The notes below the pieces were generated by a model that was not told where the DNA came from, did no database searches, and was given only the letters and a program-made list of their open reading frames with translations. From Camelus dromedarius (taxonomy: Eukaryota): DNA of 64,000 bases. Below, in pieces: positions 22,258 through 34,810 of the stretch. A program made the translations under genes and the position numbers. Within the stretch, counting starts at the first letter, position 1; every line of letters starts with the position of its first letter. Location of the stretch: assembly GCF_036321535.1 (NCBI RefSeq), contig NC_087445.1, forward strand, positions 77,872,001 through 77,936,000, in the 5' to 3' direction.

Positions 22258-22664
22258 TATGCCAGGTCCCTGTTGCGGCTGTAACGAGCGCCACCCAGCC
22301 CGTGGCCTCTATCAGCCCGAGTTTATTCTCTTACAGTCCTGGGCGTCAGGAGTCTGCCGTCCAACTCATGGGCTGAAGTCCAGGTGTGGGCAGGGCTGGT
22401 GCTTGCGGTGGCTCCCAGGAGGTTTATTCTTGCCTTTTCAGAATCTGGTGGCCCCTCCGTCTCCAAAGCCCATCCTTCCAAACTCTGTCACTTGGTCACA
22501 TCAGCCGACTCGTCTTAGGAGGACCGTTGTGGTTACAGCAGGACAGTCTCCCACCTTGAGACCTGTAACCACATCCGCAGAGCCCCTGGGCCATAGAAGG
22601 CGGTGGTCACCGGCCCCAGGGTTAGGACGCGGGCGGACTAGGGGCCCGTTTTCCCGCCCGACAC
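22258..22664 (-). mobile_element. MaLR LTR (MLT1C/D-like)
   Basis: GAGTTTATTCTCTTACAGTCCTGGGCGTCAGGAGTC...GAAGTCCAGGTGTGGGCAGGGCTG...ACCACATCCGCAGAGCCCC...GGGTTAGGACGCGGGCGGACT. Confidence 0.75.
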
Positions 22665-23940
22665 CCCAGATTGTCACAGGTATTCTGGACACGAGGCATC
22701 GGAGGCGGAGGAGGTCGTTACTGTTAACTACGCTTCACTGATGAGGTGACGTTTGCTTTGCGCCCAGGTGTGGGCAGCGGGCAGCGCTGGGGAAGGGTGC
22801 TCTGGGCGGAGGGAGTGCAGGGCTGGGGACGGGGCTGCACAGCATATCTGAGGGTGGGAAAGAGGCAGAGCGGGGGGGAAGAGGGGGCTGCGTCAGCCAC
22901 CGCAGGGATCTGGCTTTTTCCCTCAGTGACATGGCTGGGCAGACAGGGGCCAGTAAGGTACGGGCTTTTAATGACCTCTCTGACGGCTGCATCGGGACTG
23001 GAGGATACAGGGCCAGGCAGCGGGAGCACCTGGGAGGCCCCCAATGGTTCTCGAAGGAGGAGGCTCATGGGACAGGCTACCTAGCTTGTGGGGTCCAGGA
23101 CAGAGTGAAAACGCAGAGAGGGCCCCTCAAAATCCACTCAGACCCTCCAAACTCCAGCAGCAGAGCAGCAGGCAGAGCGCAGGGCCCCTGGCGGTGCGGG
23201 CCGTGGTGCCGCGAAGCCGTGGACCACGGGTGGAGCCCCGGGATTTGCTCGCGGGTCGGATGTAGGAAGAGAAGCATCGGGAACAAGGCCACCGTCTGGG
23301 CCTGAACAGCTGAGGGTCCAAGTAGGGCTCCCGGGATGGCTGGGGCAGGAGGGGAGCTGGGCCGAGGCGCCAGGAGGAGAGCGCAAGAGTGCTCACGACC
23401 CACAGCCTGCAGACAAGGCGGGGCCCCGGGGAGAGACACTCAAAACTCTCAGAATGGGAGGGAAGGACAGGACGTGCCCCCCTCCCAGGGAGAAAGAGAC
23501 AGAGAAAAGGAACGGCCTCCAAGCCCAGGAAGGCAGTGCTTCCAGAAGCCACCAGCCATCAGCAGCTCCATACGCAGCCAGACCGAGTGACATGACAATA
23601 AGGATGGACAGGTGCCCAGGAAAAGGATGAGAAAGCCCGCTGACCTCAAAATGCAAGATGCCTGCCTTGCTACAGCAGCTCCCCCGACCGCGGTCAGGGG
23701 CCGCGCAGATCGCCGGCTGTTTAAAGAGTAAACACTCTGTGTTGCAGCAAATGGGGATGGAAGGGCCTGCACCTGCTAAGAGAATTGAGCTGTTTGATCA
23801 ATAACCTTCCTCTGTGACAAAACACAGTGTATTACACGACCCACCATCGCTCCCTGAACGCGGCCTTGGAAACCGGGTCCTGGGGGGCCGCTCATCTGAA
23901 AGCCGGTCAGGCAGCACTGTTGGCACCAGGGAGACTTGGC

Positions 23941-24135
23941 CACCTGCACCCCACCCCCACCTGCACCCCACCCAACCCCACCCCCACCTCCACCTGCACC
24001 CCACCCCACCTCCACCCCACCTGCACCCCACCCCCACCTGCACCCCACCCAACCCCACCCCCACCTCCACCTGCACCCCACCCCACCTCCACCCCACCTG
24101 CACCCCCACCTGCACCCTACCCCACCTGCACCCCT
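23941..24135. repeat. C-rich minisatellite built on CACCC/CACCTG, with two identical 77-bp higher-order units
   Basis: 23941-24017 is identical to 24018-24094, followed by a degenerate partial unit. Confidence 0.92.
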
Positions 24136-24879
24136 AACCCCAGCCTTAGTAGCCCTGCCCACGCCTTCACCTCCATCTCATCTCAGCTCAGCTCAGGCTT
24201 GGGAGGATTTGCTGGGGATTTCGTGCTAGCTCCGTTCTCATTTCCAGGAATAATGTCCGTAGTGCTGTCCAGAAACTTCTCCTCCAGAACTTGTCCATAA
24301 CAGACTGGCTGGAAAAGGGTCTTCACGGGGCGTGGTGGTCTGCGGTGGTCATTGCCCGGCCTGACCGCAGGCCCCCACGCCACCCCACCATCCACGCCTC
24401 TATTACTGGTTTATATGCAAGGGTGAGAAACCTGAGCGAGAGCCCTCTGTGACCAGTGGGCAGGAAGCCCTCCCCAGGGTGCGGCAGCCGTGCCGCTGGT
24501 GGCGTGGCCAGCCACGGTCTGCCTGGGGGGGCGGTGGGTGGCAGGCCCCGGGCCAAGTCCTTGCAGAGGAAGGCGGCCCCTCCCACTCATTCCAAGATGC
24601 GAGGGTCACGGGTCAGGTTCCAGGCGTGGAGGTTGCCCCTTATCTTGTGGACACCACGAACAATGCAGGGTGCTGACGGGAAGAGCGAGACGCGCACCGA
24701 TGTGGGGGACCACTTCCAGGGCTACACAGAGTGACAGGGTGGATTCATGCAGGTGCAACTGGGGGTGGGGCAGAAGGGACCACAGTGCGCTGTGGTGGTT
24801 CACCACAAGTGAACGTGACGGGGACCACGCCCCGGTCTCGGTCACGGGATGTCACGGGGATGTCATGGGGACAGGCAGG

Positions 24880-25075
24880 ATGGGAGGCGGGAGGACATGC
24901 CTGCTTCTGTCATTGCCTGCGGTTTTGTGGAAAATCAGAAATAAACTTAATGAACTCAGTGAGTTACCTAAGGAGTTTCCAGGTAGAATATTCAAGGCAC
25001 CACCTGGCTGCTTCTGGGAGCCCGGGACAAAACGCCAGAGAAGAGAGAGAAGTTAAAGTTTGCCCCTGTAGCTAT
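24880..25075 (+). mobile_element. Possible MaLR internal (MLT-int) fragment
   Basis: GTTTTGTGGAAAATCAGAAAT...GAGTTACCTAAGGAGTTTCCAGG...GAGAAGAGAGAAG resembles the remembered MLT/MST-int sequence. Weak. Confidence 0.4.
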
Positions 25076-26400
25076 AAGGGGACCAGGACCGGCCACCTTT
25101 GAAAATAAAGCAGCTTCTCCTTCCTTGGTTCTCCAGCTGGAAAACGATTCTAAAAGTAAGGAGTGGCTTCCAAGGTTTCATTTCCAGGAGAAATAAGCTC
25201 CTAACAAACTAATCCTCTTGCAAGAAAACAGCTATAAACGCTGGACAAAATGCAAAACAACCATTAGCTGCAGGCTCTGGGCAGTGGACATAAAGGCAGG
25301 TGTGGGATGGAAATGAGAACGTGGAGGCTGGGAGTGGGTGGAGTGAATCTCAGGTTTCTGCAGCTGTGACCACAAGGCAGCCATGGTCACAAGGGCAGTG
25401 CCAGGCAGGTGGCACCCCAATGGGAAAACCTGCTGTCCTTCTGCAGGGAAGGAGCCCCAGGAGGGAGCCCAGGTGATCAGGGCTGCTGGGCGGTGAGAGG
25501 AGCCCGGAAAAGGAGAGAGCCGAGAAGGGAAGCCTGCATTCCATACAAAAGCTCCGCCTGGGCTTCCGGCTGGGCCCTCAAGCACGTGCAAGGAGTGGGC
25601 GAACTGGGGCTTGGGCTCAGTCAGCCACAGGTGTGACAAAGATCATAGTGCGGGTCTAACCAAGCAAACTGCCTTAGAAAGACCAACACTTTGGAGCCAT
25701 TCGGCAGAATCCAAAGTCTCAGAACGAAGCAATAATACTTTCCAAATGTATTCAACAAGTGAAGAGTCAGGAATATATGACACATTCACAAGGGGAAAGA
25801 CCCAGAGATGGACCCGATGTGGACTCGGTGGACAAGGAGAGCCATTTTAAACTACGTCAACAAAGGACGGAAAATGCCCTCACAATGGACGGAGAGAGAC
25901 AAAACCAAGCAGAGAAACAGAAAATGTGAAGATATCCAAATGGAGAATTTAGAGCTAAAAAACAAAACATCGTAAGTTCTGAAATTTACCAGATGGGCTT
26001 AATTAGCAGGTTACAGATGACAGATGAAGGAATCCGTGAACTTGAAGAGGGAATGATAGAAATCACCCGACGTGAAGAAGGGGAGAAACTGCTAAGAGAA
26101 GGAATAGCGTCTTAGAGAACATCCTTGAAGAAAACCCTCTCAACCAAGACGTCTGCGGCCAATTACAGTAGCTTCATCAATGAAGAATAAAGACATTTTC
26201 AGTTACAGGACGACAGAGAACACCCTTCTCCAGGAGCCTGCAGTACAGGGAATGCTAGAGGGTCTTCCTCGGCAGAAGGCAGCGATGTCAGGTGGAAACG
26301 TGGCCCTTCAGAAATGAATGCATTACATCAGAAGTGGCAAGTACCTAGGTCGATAGAAAGTGACTACCTTTCCCTTAATTTCTTTAAAACCTGTATGACT

Positions 26401-26732
26401 ACTAGCTGGCCAAGATGGCAGAGTGGGGACCCACAGCTCGCCCTCTCCCACAAATGCACCAAGAATTATATCGACAAACCCACTGAGTCGCGCAGAATAC
26501 CTACTGAGCTCTGGCAGAGTGTTTCTCACTTCATAATACAGGAGGATTCTCACAAAACCTGATAAACAACAAGTTTATGCTGTAGAGCACACGGAGCTGT
26601 ATTCAATATCTTGCAGTAGCTTATGGTGGAAAAGAATATGAAAATAAATATATGTGTGTTCATGTATGACCAAAGCATCATGCTGTACACAGAAACTGAC
26701 CCAAGATTGTGAACTGACCATACTTCAATAAA

Positions 26733-26766
<34 letters not shown>

Positions 26767-26780
26767 AACCCTAAAAAAAA
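26401..26780 (+). mobile_element. Nested younger L1-derived insert: L1 5' terminus (about 26401-26562) fused to an L1 3' terminus (about 26563-26732) plus a (TA)n/A tail
   Basis: CAAGATGGC...CCCACAAATGCACCAAG...CAGAATACCTACTGAGCTCTGGCAGAG, then ATAAACAACAAG...TATTCAATATCTTG...GCTGTACACAGAAACTGAC...ATACTTCAATAAAA. The host L1 resumes after 26785. Confidence 0.65.
26734..26758. repeat. (TA)n microsatellite
   Basis: Uninterrupted TA dinucleotide run at the end of an L1 tail. Confidence 0.95.
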
Positions 26781-28765
26781 ATGGCTGGTTAAAGCAAAAA
26801 GTACTGTCTTCAGGGTTTATAATGTATGTGAAGTAATACATTTGACAGTAACATAAAGGATGAGGGTGTGAATGGATTTACACGCTTATGAAGTGGCACA
26901 GTGTTAACCCGGGTGACTGTGAAAAATTATGGAGCATAGGTGCATTCACTGGATAACCACCAAAATCACAATGCAAAGATGCATAACTTAAAAGTCAAGA
27001 GGTAAATTATAATGGAATTATTTTTTAAATAGTAAATCAAATAAAGCAAGAAAGTGGTAAAGAACAACAAAAACAAACAAAAAACAGAAGAAAAAGTGAA
27101 AAACAAATATAAAAATACACTTGAATTTTAATAGAATAAGTACTCCAATTAAAAGGCAGGGGTTATCAGAATGAATTAATTAAAAAAAAAAAAAAAAGCA
27201 AGACCCAACTCTATACTGCCTACAGGAGGAGCACTTTAAATATAAAGACAAAAACAGGTTGAAAGTAAATGGATAAAAACATACATACTGTGCAAAGAAT
27301 GTAAATAAGCTGCAGTAGCTCTATTGATATTAGATGTAATAGACACCAGGGCAAAGAACGTTGCCAAAGCTGGAGATGGACGTTTCGTAAGGATAAGAAG
27401 GCAAAGTTGTCAGGAAGACAAAACACCCATGATGTGTGTGCTCCTAATAAAAGAGCCTCTAAATACATGGAAGAGACATTAACAGAACTGAAGAAAGTAC
27501 TACAATTCCTCAATCACAGGAAAACACTTTTAATGCCCCTCTCCCAACGACTGATGGAAAAGCGGAATGAAAAAAAAAGTCAGTTAAAACACAGAGGACC
27601 TGCAACACTGTCAGCTTGACGGAGTTGACATGTACCAAACGCCATCGCCAACAATGAAAAATTCACATCTTTCCTCAGTGTACATGGTCTGCTCACCAGG
27701 ACAGACCATATTCTGAGCCACACAGCAAGCAAACTAAATTTAAAAGACTTAGTGTCAGACAGAGCACGTTTCCTGACCACAACAGAACTGAATCAGAAAC
27801 CAAGAACAGCCAGATGTCTAGGAACCCCAAACACACGGGCACCAGCAGCAGCTAATGACCCATGCTCAGGAGAGAAGTCACGTGGAGAGCAGAAGATACT
27901 TCAAACTGAATGGTCTTGGAAAGACAGCATACGACAATCTGTGGGGTACAGTGAAAGCAGTGCTTTGGGGGGAATGAATAGCTTGTGTCAGAGTATAGCT
28001 TGTGTCTATTCAGAGCTCTACAATCAACCTCCTAAGGCTCTACCTCGAGGGCTGACAGAAGAGGAAGATCAACCCAGACTGAATAGAAGGAAGAAAAAAT
28101 AATAATAAGGAAAGAAATCAAAGAAATAGGAACCCAACAAAAAATAGAGAAAATGAACAAAGCCAAAAGCTGATTCTTTGAAAAGATCAAACAGTTGATA
28201 AGATCCTAGCTAGCATGACCAAAATAAAATGAGAGAAAAACATAAATCTTCAGTACCAGGGATGTAAGACTGGTTGTTGTTTGGGGTCTTCAGGGGACAA
28301 TAAAAAGATAGTATGAGTAACTTTCTGCTGATAAATTCAGTAACAAAACTTTAATAAGAGAATATCGTGTATAACCTCATGCTGACAACTGCAGCTAAAA
28401 GAGCAAATTCCTTAAAAAAAAATACTTACCCCCAAATTCACACTAAGTGAGAGACAAGATCTGACTATTTCTGTCGCCTTTTTTTTAAATGAATTTTTAA
28501 ACAAGGGAAACAAACCTTCCCACCAAGAAAGTTCCAGGTCCAGACAGTTTCACTGGTGATTTTATCAAACATTCAAAAAGATATTGTATCAAATTTGCAT
28601 AAACCATTTCAGACAACAAAAGAGTAGGGAGAATTCCTCAGCTTGCTTTACGAGGCCAGCATAATCCTGACACAAAAACATACAAGAGCACTGAAGAAAA
28701 ACAGCTAGGAACCAATACTCCTCATGACTGCAGACAAGAAAGTCCTTAAAAAAATGCTAGCGATA

Positions 28766-28892
28766 TGGTAGCTCACAGAGAAAAAAATGTGACAGTGAAT
28801 ATATACATGTTCATGTACAACTGAAAAACTGTGTTCTACGCTGGAGTTCGACACAACATTGTAAAATGACTGTAAATCAATAAAAAATGTTT
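28766..28892 (+). mobile_element. Short young L1 3' terminal fragment nested in the old L1 ORF2
   Basis: GAATATATACATGTTCATGTACAACTGAAAAACTGTG...ACACAACATTGTAAAATGACTGTAAATCAATAAAAAA. 18-bp TSD AAAAAAATGCTAGCGATA (28748-28765) / AAAAAAATATTAACGATA (28893-28910), 15/18 identical. Confidence 0.8.
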
Positions 28893-30749
28893 AAAAAAAT
28901 ATTAACGATACAGGAAATCTAGCAACATAGAAAAAGGACGATGCATTATGACCCAGGAGGGGTTGTCTCAGAATGCAAGGATGGTTTAACGTTTACAAAT
29001 CCATCAACATAATTTACCATGATAACAGAATGAAGAGGAAAACCTATGTGATTATTGTAAAGGACACAGAAAGAAAACACATTTGACAAAATTAAAGCTC
29101 CAACTACAACAGAACTCTCGGGGACCTCAGAATAGAGCTACACGGGGTAGGATGTAAAACCCAAGCTCACAGCATGCTCAGTGGCGGAGAAGGCTTTCCC
29201 CTCGAGATCAGGGACAAAACAAGGATTCCCGCTCTCCGGGCCCTTAGTCAGTATCTCCTGGAGGTCCTAGTCTCTCTGCAGAAGGACAACAAAGCATGCA
29301 AGCCAGAAAAGGAGTCATCAGCCAGTCTCCGAGCCTCGGAAGCCTCTGACTGCTCTGCTGCGGGGCCGTCCCATCCCTTCCTGAGCCCCAAACGACCTCC
29401 CCGTTCAGTCTCAGCCTCGCGTTTCTTAACCAGAACAAAGACTTCGGGAAGCGGTCTTGGAGGCCAAGCAGTTCCCCGCCTCACCTCCCAGCATCAGGAC
29501 GGCCCAGAGGGCGGCGAGGATCTTCCCCCAGTAGCGGGGCGGGTCCAGAATTTCAGCCTATCTCCAATTTGTCACTGTTGCTGGCAGACACCAGCAGGAG
29601 AGCCGTGGAAATTGACGTGTCTTATTTCCTTTTGCTGTTTTTCCTAAACCCCGACCTTTGCTGGTGCATTTAATGGCCTTTGCTTTTCCTGACATCTTTG
29701 TTCTCAGATTGCACCGGGGGAACCAGACAGTCAGCAGGCAGAGCTGCCGAGTCCGGGAGAGTGTGTCTCTGCAGGTGTGCATGCAGGGCTGAGCGGGGAT
29801 CTGTTCGGAGGAGGGGCAGCCGGACAAGGGTGAGCAGGGCTGTGGATCCTGAGGGTCCCGGCCCCGAGGCAGCCCGTGTCCCTGCCCCAGTCTCCCTGCA
29901 TGTAAGATGAGGCACCGGCAGGTGAGGGGCGCAAGGCTCCTGGCCTGGCCTGGCCAGGGCCACTGTTCAGCTGTCTGGTCTATCTGGTCCCCTGCTGGCT
30001 CTTGGCTGCAAGGGTGGAATTTGGGAGGAGAGCTCCAGCCTTGGGAGGGGGTGCAAGGAGGAGCTGACTGGAATCCCAGCAGGGCAACCTGGTAGAGTGA
30101 GAAGACCCGGAGGCTGGAAGTCACAGACCCACAGCTCTCCTACCCCCTGGGGTGGGGCGCTTAGCAGCTTAGGACCCGGGGTCCTCACTCTGTAAAGGTG
30201 AAAGCAACACGGCTTAAATATAGATGTGGTGAGAATGCATTCTCACACATGCCGTCGCGAGCGCCACGATGCACAGCAAGTTTAACAATTGCACCTTCCT
30301 TCCCCTCCCTCGATAGGAGGAAAGCCGGGCCCTGGGTGGACTACCTGGATGGGAACCCCTCCCTGGGAACCCGCCAGGCCCGGGGCTGGGGGTCTGGGCT
30401 GGGCCCTCAGGCAAGAAGCAGGGGGCATTGCACTGGACCCAAACCCACAGCAGCAATGGATGGCGAGCCCCCAGCCTCTGACTTGGCCCCCCACACCCAG
30501 CGTCTCCTCCCAGGCTTCTTCCCCAGGACACCCCACCCTGAGGTCCTGGCTCCCCCACCCCCAGCTTCTCCCTGTGTCTCCCCCTGCAGTGAAGGCTTCT
30601 TATCCACCCAAGCCCCAAGCCAGCTTCTACACCAGCCTTGGTTTTCCAGCCCCAGCCCAGCCATCAGCACGTCCTGTCCCCACTCTCAGAACGAGACTCT
30701 CCATCCACCCTGAAACGTCTCGCCCGGCTGCTCCCCCAGGCCCAGCCCA

Positions 30750-31050
30750 GCCATCACTCGAGTGATCCTTTCAGCTGCCCCAGGACAGCCACCTCAGCGC
30801 CCTCGGCCCCTCCTCCACAGGGAGGCAGAGTTCTCAAAACGCAGATCAGACCCTGCCACCTCCCTTCCCTAAACCCCGGGGCTGCCTTGTCATGAGAACA
30901 GAATCTAAAGGCCTTTCTGTGGCTGGTCAGGTCCTGGTCCCCTCCCAGCCCCGTGCCCTCTGCCCGCCCTGGCCATGCTGGCCTTCTCTGTCCCCAGCCC
31001 CCTCAAATTCTCCAAATCTCACCCCACCACCAGCCTCCGGTGGGACACTC
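30750..31050 (+). mobile_element. L2 fragment
   Basis: TTCTCAAAACGCAGATCAGACCCTGCCACCTCCCTTCCCTAAACCC...AGAACAGAATCTAAAGGCCTT resembles the L2 ORF2 3' region. Confidence 0.55.
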
Positions 31051-31197
31051 TCTTCCTTCCCGTGGGCTCCTCAGAGGGTTGGTCCGGCCCAAACGCCCTC
31101 CGGGTCCCGGCGCCCCGCTCTTCGGAGGCGCAGCACCGACCGCAGTCAGCAGTTCTGAGCTGTTGCATCTGCTTGCTTGCCTGCTTCCTGCTCCTGC

Positions 31198-31500
31198 TGT
31201 GGGGAAAACGACTCTCAAAAGATGCCCGCATCCCAGTCCCTGGTCCCTGTGAACGTTACCTCGGACGGAAAAGGTGTCTGTGCAACCAGAATCGAGTTAA
31301 GGCTCTTGGAGGGGAGACCGTTCTGGATCATTCAGGTGGCCCCACGTGCCATCCCAAGTGTCCTTACAAGAGGAGCCGCAGGGGAGAAGGATGTGAAGGT
31401 GGAGCGGAGAGTCTGGAGCTGCTGGGCTCCAGGACTGAGCGATGTGGCCACAAGCCGATGAGCACGGCTACCTGTCTGCACTCCAGGGAAGAGGCTGCAC
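31198..31500 (+). mobile_element. MaLR LTR (MLT1D-like)
   Basis: CAAAAGATGCCCGCATCCCAGTCCCTGGTCCCTGTGAACGTTACCTC...GAGTTAAGGCTCTTGGAGGGGAGA...CCCAAGTGTCCTTACAAGAGG...GATGTGGCCACAAGCC. Confidence 0.75.
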
Positions 31501-34159
31501 CGCATGCAGCTGGGGGCAGCACAGAGATGTGCTTGGAGTCGTGGCCTGGAGGAGGCGCCTGGCAAAGACCTTCAGGACACAGGAAGATGGTGGGGACCAG
31601 CAGGGAGCCTGGTGCGAGCCGCAGGGAGAGGCCTGCTGGGTCCAGAGGAAGGGAGGGCTCCAGGCAGGAGGGGCACTGACCACACCGGGACGCTGCTGGT
31701 TTTCTAAGCTGGACCACAGCAGTTCTAAGCAGGGGGCTCGGGAGAGACCCGGAGGGGGGAACTACAGCCACAGTGAGTGGAGACCGTGTCTGCACCAGGG
31801 AGCAGAGAGGCGGGGCGATGGTCTAGGGGAAAAGGGTAAGGAGGTTTCCTTTCCTTAAGCAAGGAGAGTAAGACCACCGTTGGTGGCGGGTGGGACTAGT
31901 CCCACAGGGAGGAGCAGAGCGAGGGGGAGGGCGGGGCTGACCGGAGGACAGCCCCCCGGGGCAGAGGGAGGCGCACGGCCCCCAGGACTGCAGCACAGCG
32001 CGCGGAGGGGAGCAGATCTGCGAGGCTAGGACCGTCAGAGCTGGGGCGGCTGAGGCGGGACTCCTGGCGCACCCAAGCCCCCTTGGCGGGAGGTCATGAG
32101 TTCGTGTGGGGTGGCCTGAGGGGTCATGGCAGCCCTCGGAGAGCTGGGAGGGTGAGGACGGCCAGGAGGCGCCAAGGGTGATTCCTGGAGGCCCAGCTGG
32201 ACGGGGTGGGTGGGTGGGGGGAGGCTGCAGGGAGGGGTAAGGTGGGCTGGGGCCGGGGCAGTGCGGGGTCTCGGGGCCGTCGGCTCCTGGGTGAACCCTG
32301 CGGGAGGACGCCACACACCACGTCCCGCGAGGCCGGGGGTCCTCCAGAGGGACGATGCACAGCCCCCAGCACAGGCCCGGCACACAGTGGGGCTAGGAAA
32401 GCTGGCGGCGGTGTGGTCCCTGCTGCTGTACCAGCCACCTCAAGTGACAGTGCACCGTGTCCAGAACCAACTGCATCTCCTTCCCAGGTGAAGGTGACTT
32501 CCGAAGGTTAGAAGTTTGCCCGGCTACGTAGACCCTAGGCTGACGAGGGAAGGCAGCCGGGGTCCTGGTACGAGCTTGTGGCCAGCGCCCAGCCTGTGCC
32601 CACAGCCCCGGGGAGCCTCTGTCTGGCCCAGCCTGTCACACAGTGGGTCTCCATCAACACCTGCCCTTCCTGAGGGTCAGTTCAACCCAAGGAGGCTGAG
32701 AAGGGAGGGTGGATGTGGAGGGAGGGGTGCGGGGGGACGGGCTCAGCGCCCGGAGCGGGGACAGCGGGCGGCCCGCTGGCTCCGAGCGCAGGAGGCCGGG
32801 CAGCTCCAGCTCACGTGGCTTCAGCCCCACTTGCTAGAAAATTTTCGGGGAAGAGAGGAGAGAGTTAGTGCCGTTGCCTTGGCAACCACCGTGTCACATC
32901 GTAATGAGGCTGGAGCGGAAGGAGGCTCATCTTAAGGGAGCACGAAGCCACCGACTCGGCGGTGTCCTGAGGAGTCACAGCGGGAACTCAGCGCCTTCTG
33001 AGCTCTGGCTTGAGTTCCACCAGGACAGCAGGAGGGGGTGGGGGTGCCTAGGACCTGCTGTACAAAGGGGCCCAGGGTGGGCACCAAGGGACAGGAGGCT
33101 GCCCCAGCCCCCCGGGCCCTCAGACGTGAGCCGCAAGCCCACCTCTGCTTGGAGCCGCTGCTCTGCGGGGCTCCGCGGCCTCCCAGGTGGGAGAGCCGGC
33201 AGATGAGAAGACAGACAGCAGTCCAGGCTGGTCAGCAGAGAGGTGCGGCAGCGGCCGACGCGGCGGTCACCTTGCACCCTGACTTCGGCCGACCCCACAG
33301 CGCTGGATGGGAGCTAGGAACACAGGAGGGCTGCTGAGGGCCGGGGTGGGCTCTGCCCCGACTCTGGTCCAGAATGACGACCAACCAACGAGGCGGCTCG
33401 GGTGGCAGGAGTGAACGCGAACATTAGAAACCCTGACAATGCGCATGTCAGCGCTGAAAATGCAGAGATGGGCGAGGGGACGCCAGGGCAGAGGGCAGCG
33501 TGACCACCGCCTCATCTTCCACAGCAGGACGTGGCTATCGTGGTCAGGATGGAGGCTGGGGGCGGCAGTGTGGGACACCTCCACTTCCAGACGGGTGTGG
33601 AACCGTCCACGCAGACCTTTCCCCTTCCACTTTGGAGGGTTCTCCCAGGAGACTGTAGCTCGTGCAGTGAAGATAAAAGAGCTTTTAGTTAGCAATTTCT
33701 TCAGCTTGACTTCGTTTTCCCATCCTCTGCTAAGATCAGGCACAAGCTAGGACTTCCAAGCTGCAAAGCACACGTGGGTGGCTTCGTTCCCTTCCATCCG
33801 CGCTGGCCTGTCCGTCCTCTCTGCCCCCAGCCCTGAGTCTGTGCCCCAGGCATGGTCCTGGGCCTTTCCCCAGGGCCGCTGGTCATCACCGCACGCGGCG
33901 GGCACGCAGGGGCTGCCTCGGCCACGCCTCCCACAGAAGGGAGGGCGTGGGGCGGGGGGGAGCCCCGCGGCCGGGGGCAGGCCTGGCTTCCGGGGACACC
34001 GTCTGAGACTTCTTTGTCCCTCCTGTGCGCACGTGCACGTCAACGTCTGCACCGTGACCGCCAGGCGACAACCCCAGTTACGCGGGGCAGCTGTCACTGT
34101 TGCCACCTTCTTCTTTGTATTTTATTTTTTCAAAGAAATAATGAGTCTGTGTAACCTTT

Positions 34160-34810
34160 AAAAACAACTTTATTGGATATAATTTACCTACCAATTCAAG
34201 TCAAAGATTTTGGTATATTATATGATTCTTTTTAATTGCGGTAAAAATTGTACATAGTAAAATATATAAATGTATACAGTAAAATGCTGACCATTTTAAG
34301 TGTCCAATTCAGTGGCATTAATGACATTTGCCATGTTGTGCAACTGTCACCACTATTTCCAAAACTTTTTCGTCACCCCAAACAGAAGTTCTGTATCATC
34401 AGGTAAGTGCGCCCCATCCACCCTCCCTTCCGTCCCTGGTAGCTTCTAATCGACTCTCAGTTTCTGCCAATTTGCCTTTTCTAGGTCCCTCCTCTAAGTG
34501 GAAACACGCAACATGCGTCCTTTTGAGACCGGCCCGTTTTACTCAGCAGAATGTCCTCAGGGTGCACCTCTGCAGCCTGTGTGAATTCCCTTCCTTGCTA
34601 GGGCTGAATGGTATTCCGCTGCACAAACACACCGCGTTTTGTTGATTCGCTCATCTGCCAATGGACACTGGGTTCCCACTTTTTGCTGCTGTCGGTGATG
34701 CAGCTACGAGCACAGGTGTACAGATACCTGTTTGAGAATCTGCCGTCAACTCCTTTGGCTCCGTGCCCAGAAGCGCAGTTACTGGTCCATATACTTATAT
34801 GATTTTTTAA
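34160..34810 (-). mobile_element. Old L1 (L1MB-like) 3' UTR
   Basis: ACCATTTTAAGTGTCCAATTCAGTGGCATTAATGACATTTGCCATGTTGTGCAACTGTCACCACTATTTCCAAAACTTTTTCGTCACCCCAAACAGAA...GGCTGAATGGTATTCC...ATGGACACTGGGTT. Confidence 0.85.

Larger units (their letters stand above)
25180..29290 (+). mobile_element. Decayed old L1 (5' region, ORF1 remnants, ORF2 endonuclease to RT start)
   Basis: A-rich strand. Frameshifted ORF2 motifs in order: DPTxxCLQE-HFKYKDxNRLKVNGW-like (about 27200-27275), FFEKI (about 28175), PGPD-FTG (about 28535), FYEASI (about 28645), MQGWFN (about 28973), FPL-xGT-QG-P-L (about 29195-29240). Confidence 0.9.

Noticed and set aside
24183-24395. Minus-strand ORF with a protein-like stretch (KTLFQPVCYGQVLEEKFLDSTTDIIPGNENG)
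   Set aside because: No family recognised and no convincing splice context. It sits among repeat remnants.
27220-28102. Short ORFs within the L1 region
   Set aside because: Frameshifted fragments or antisense artefacts of a dead L1. There is no intact ORF1 or ORF2.
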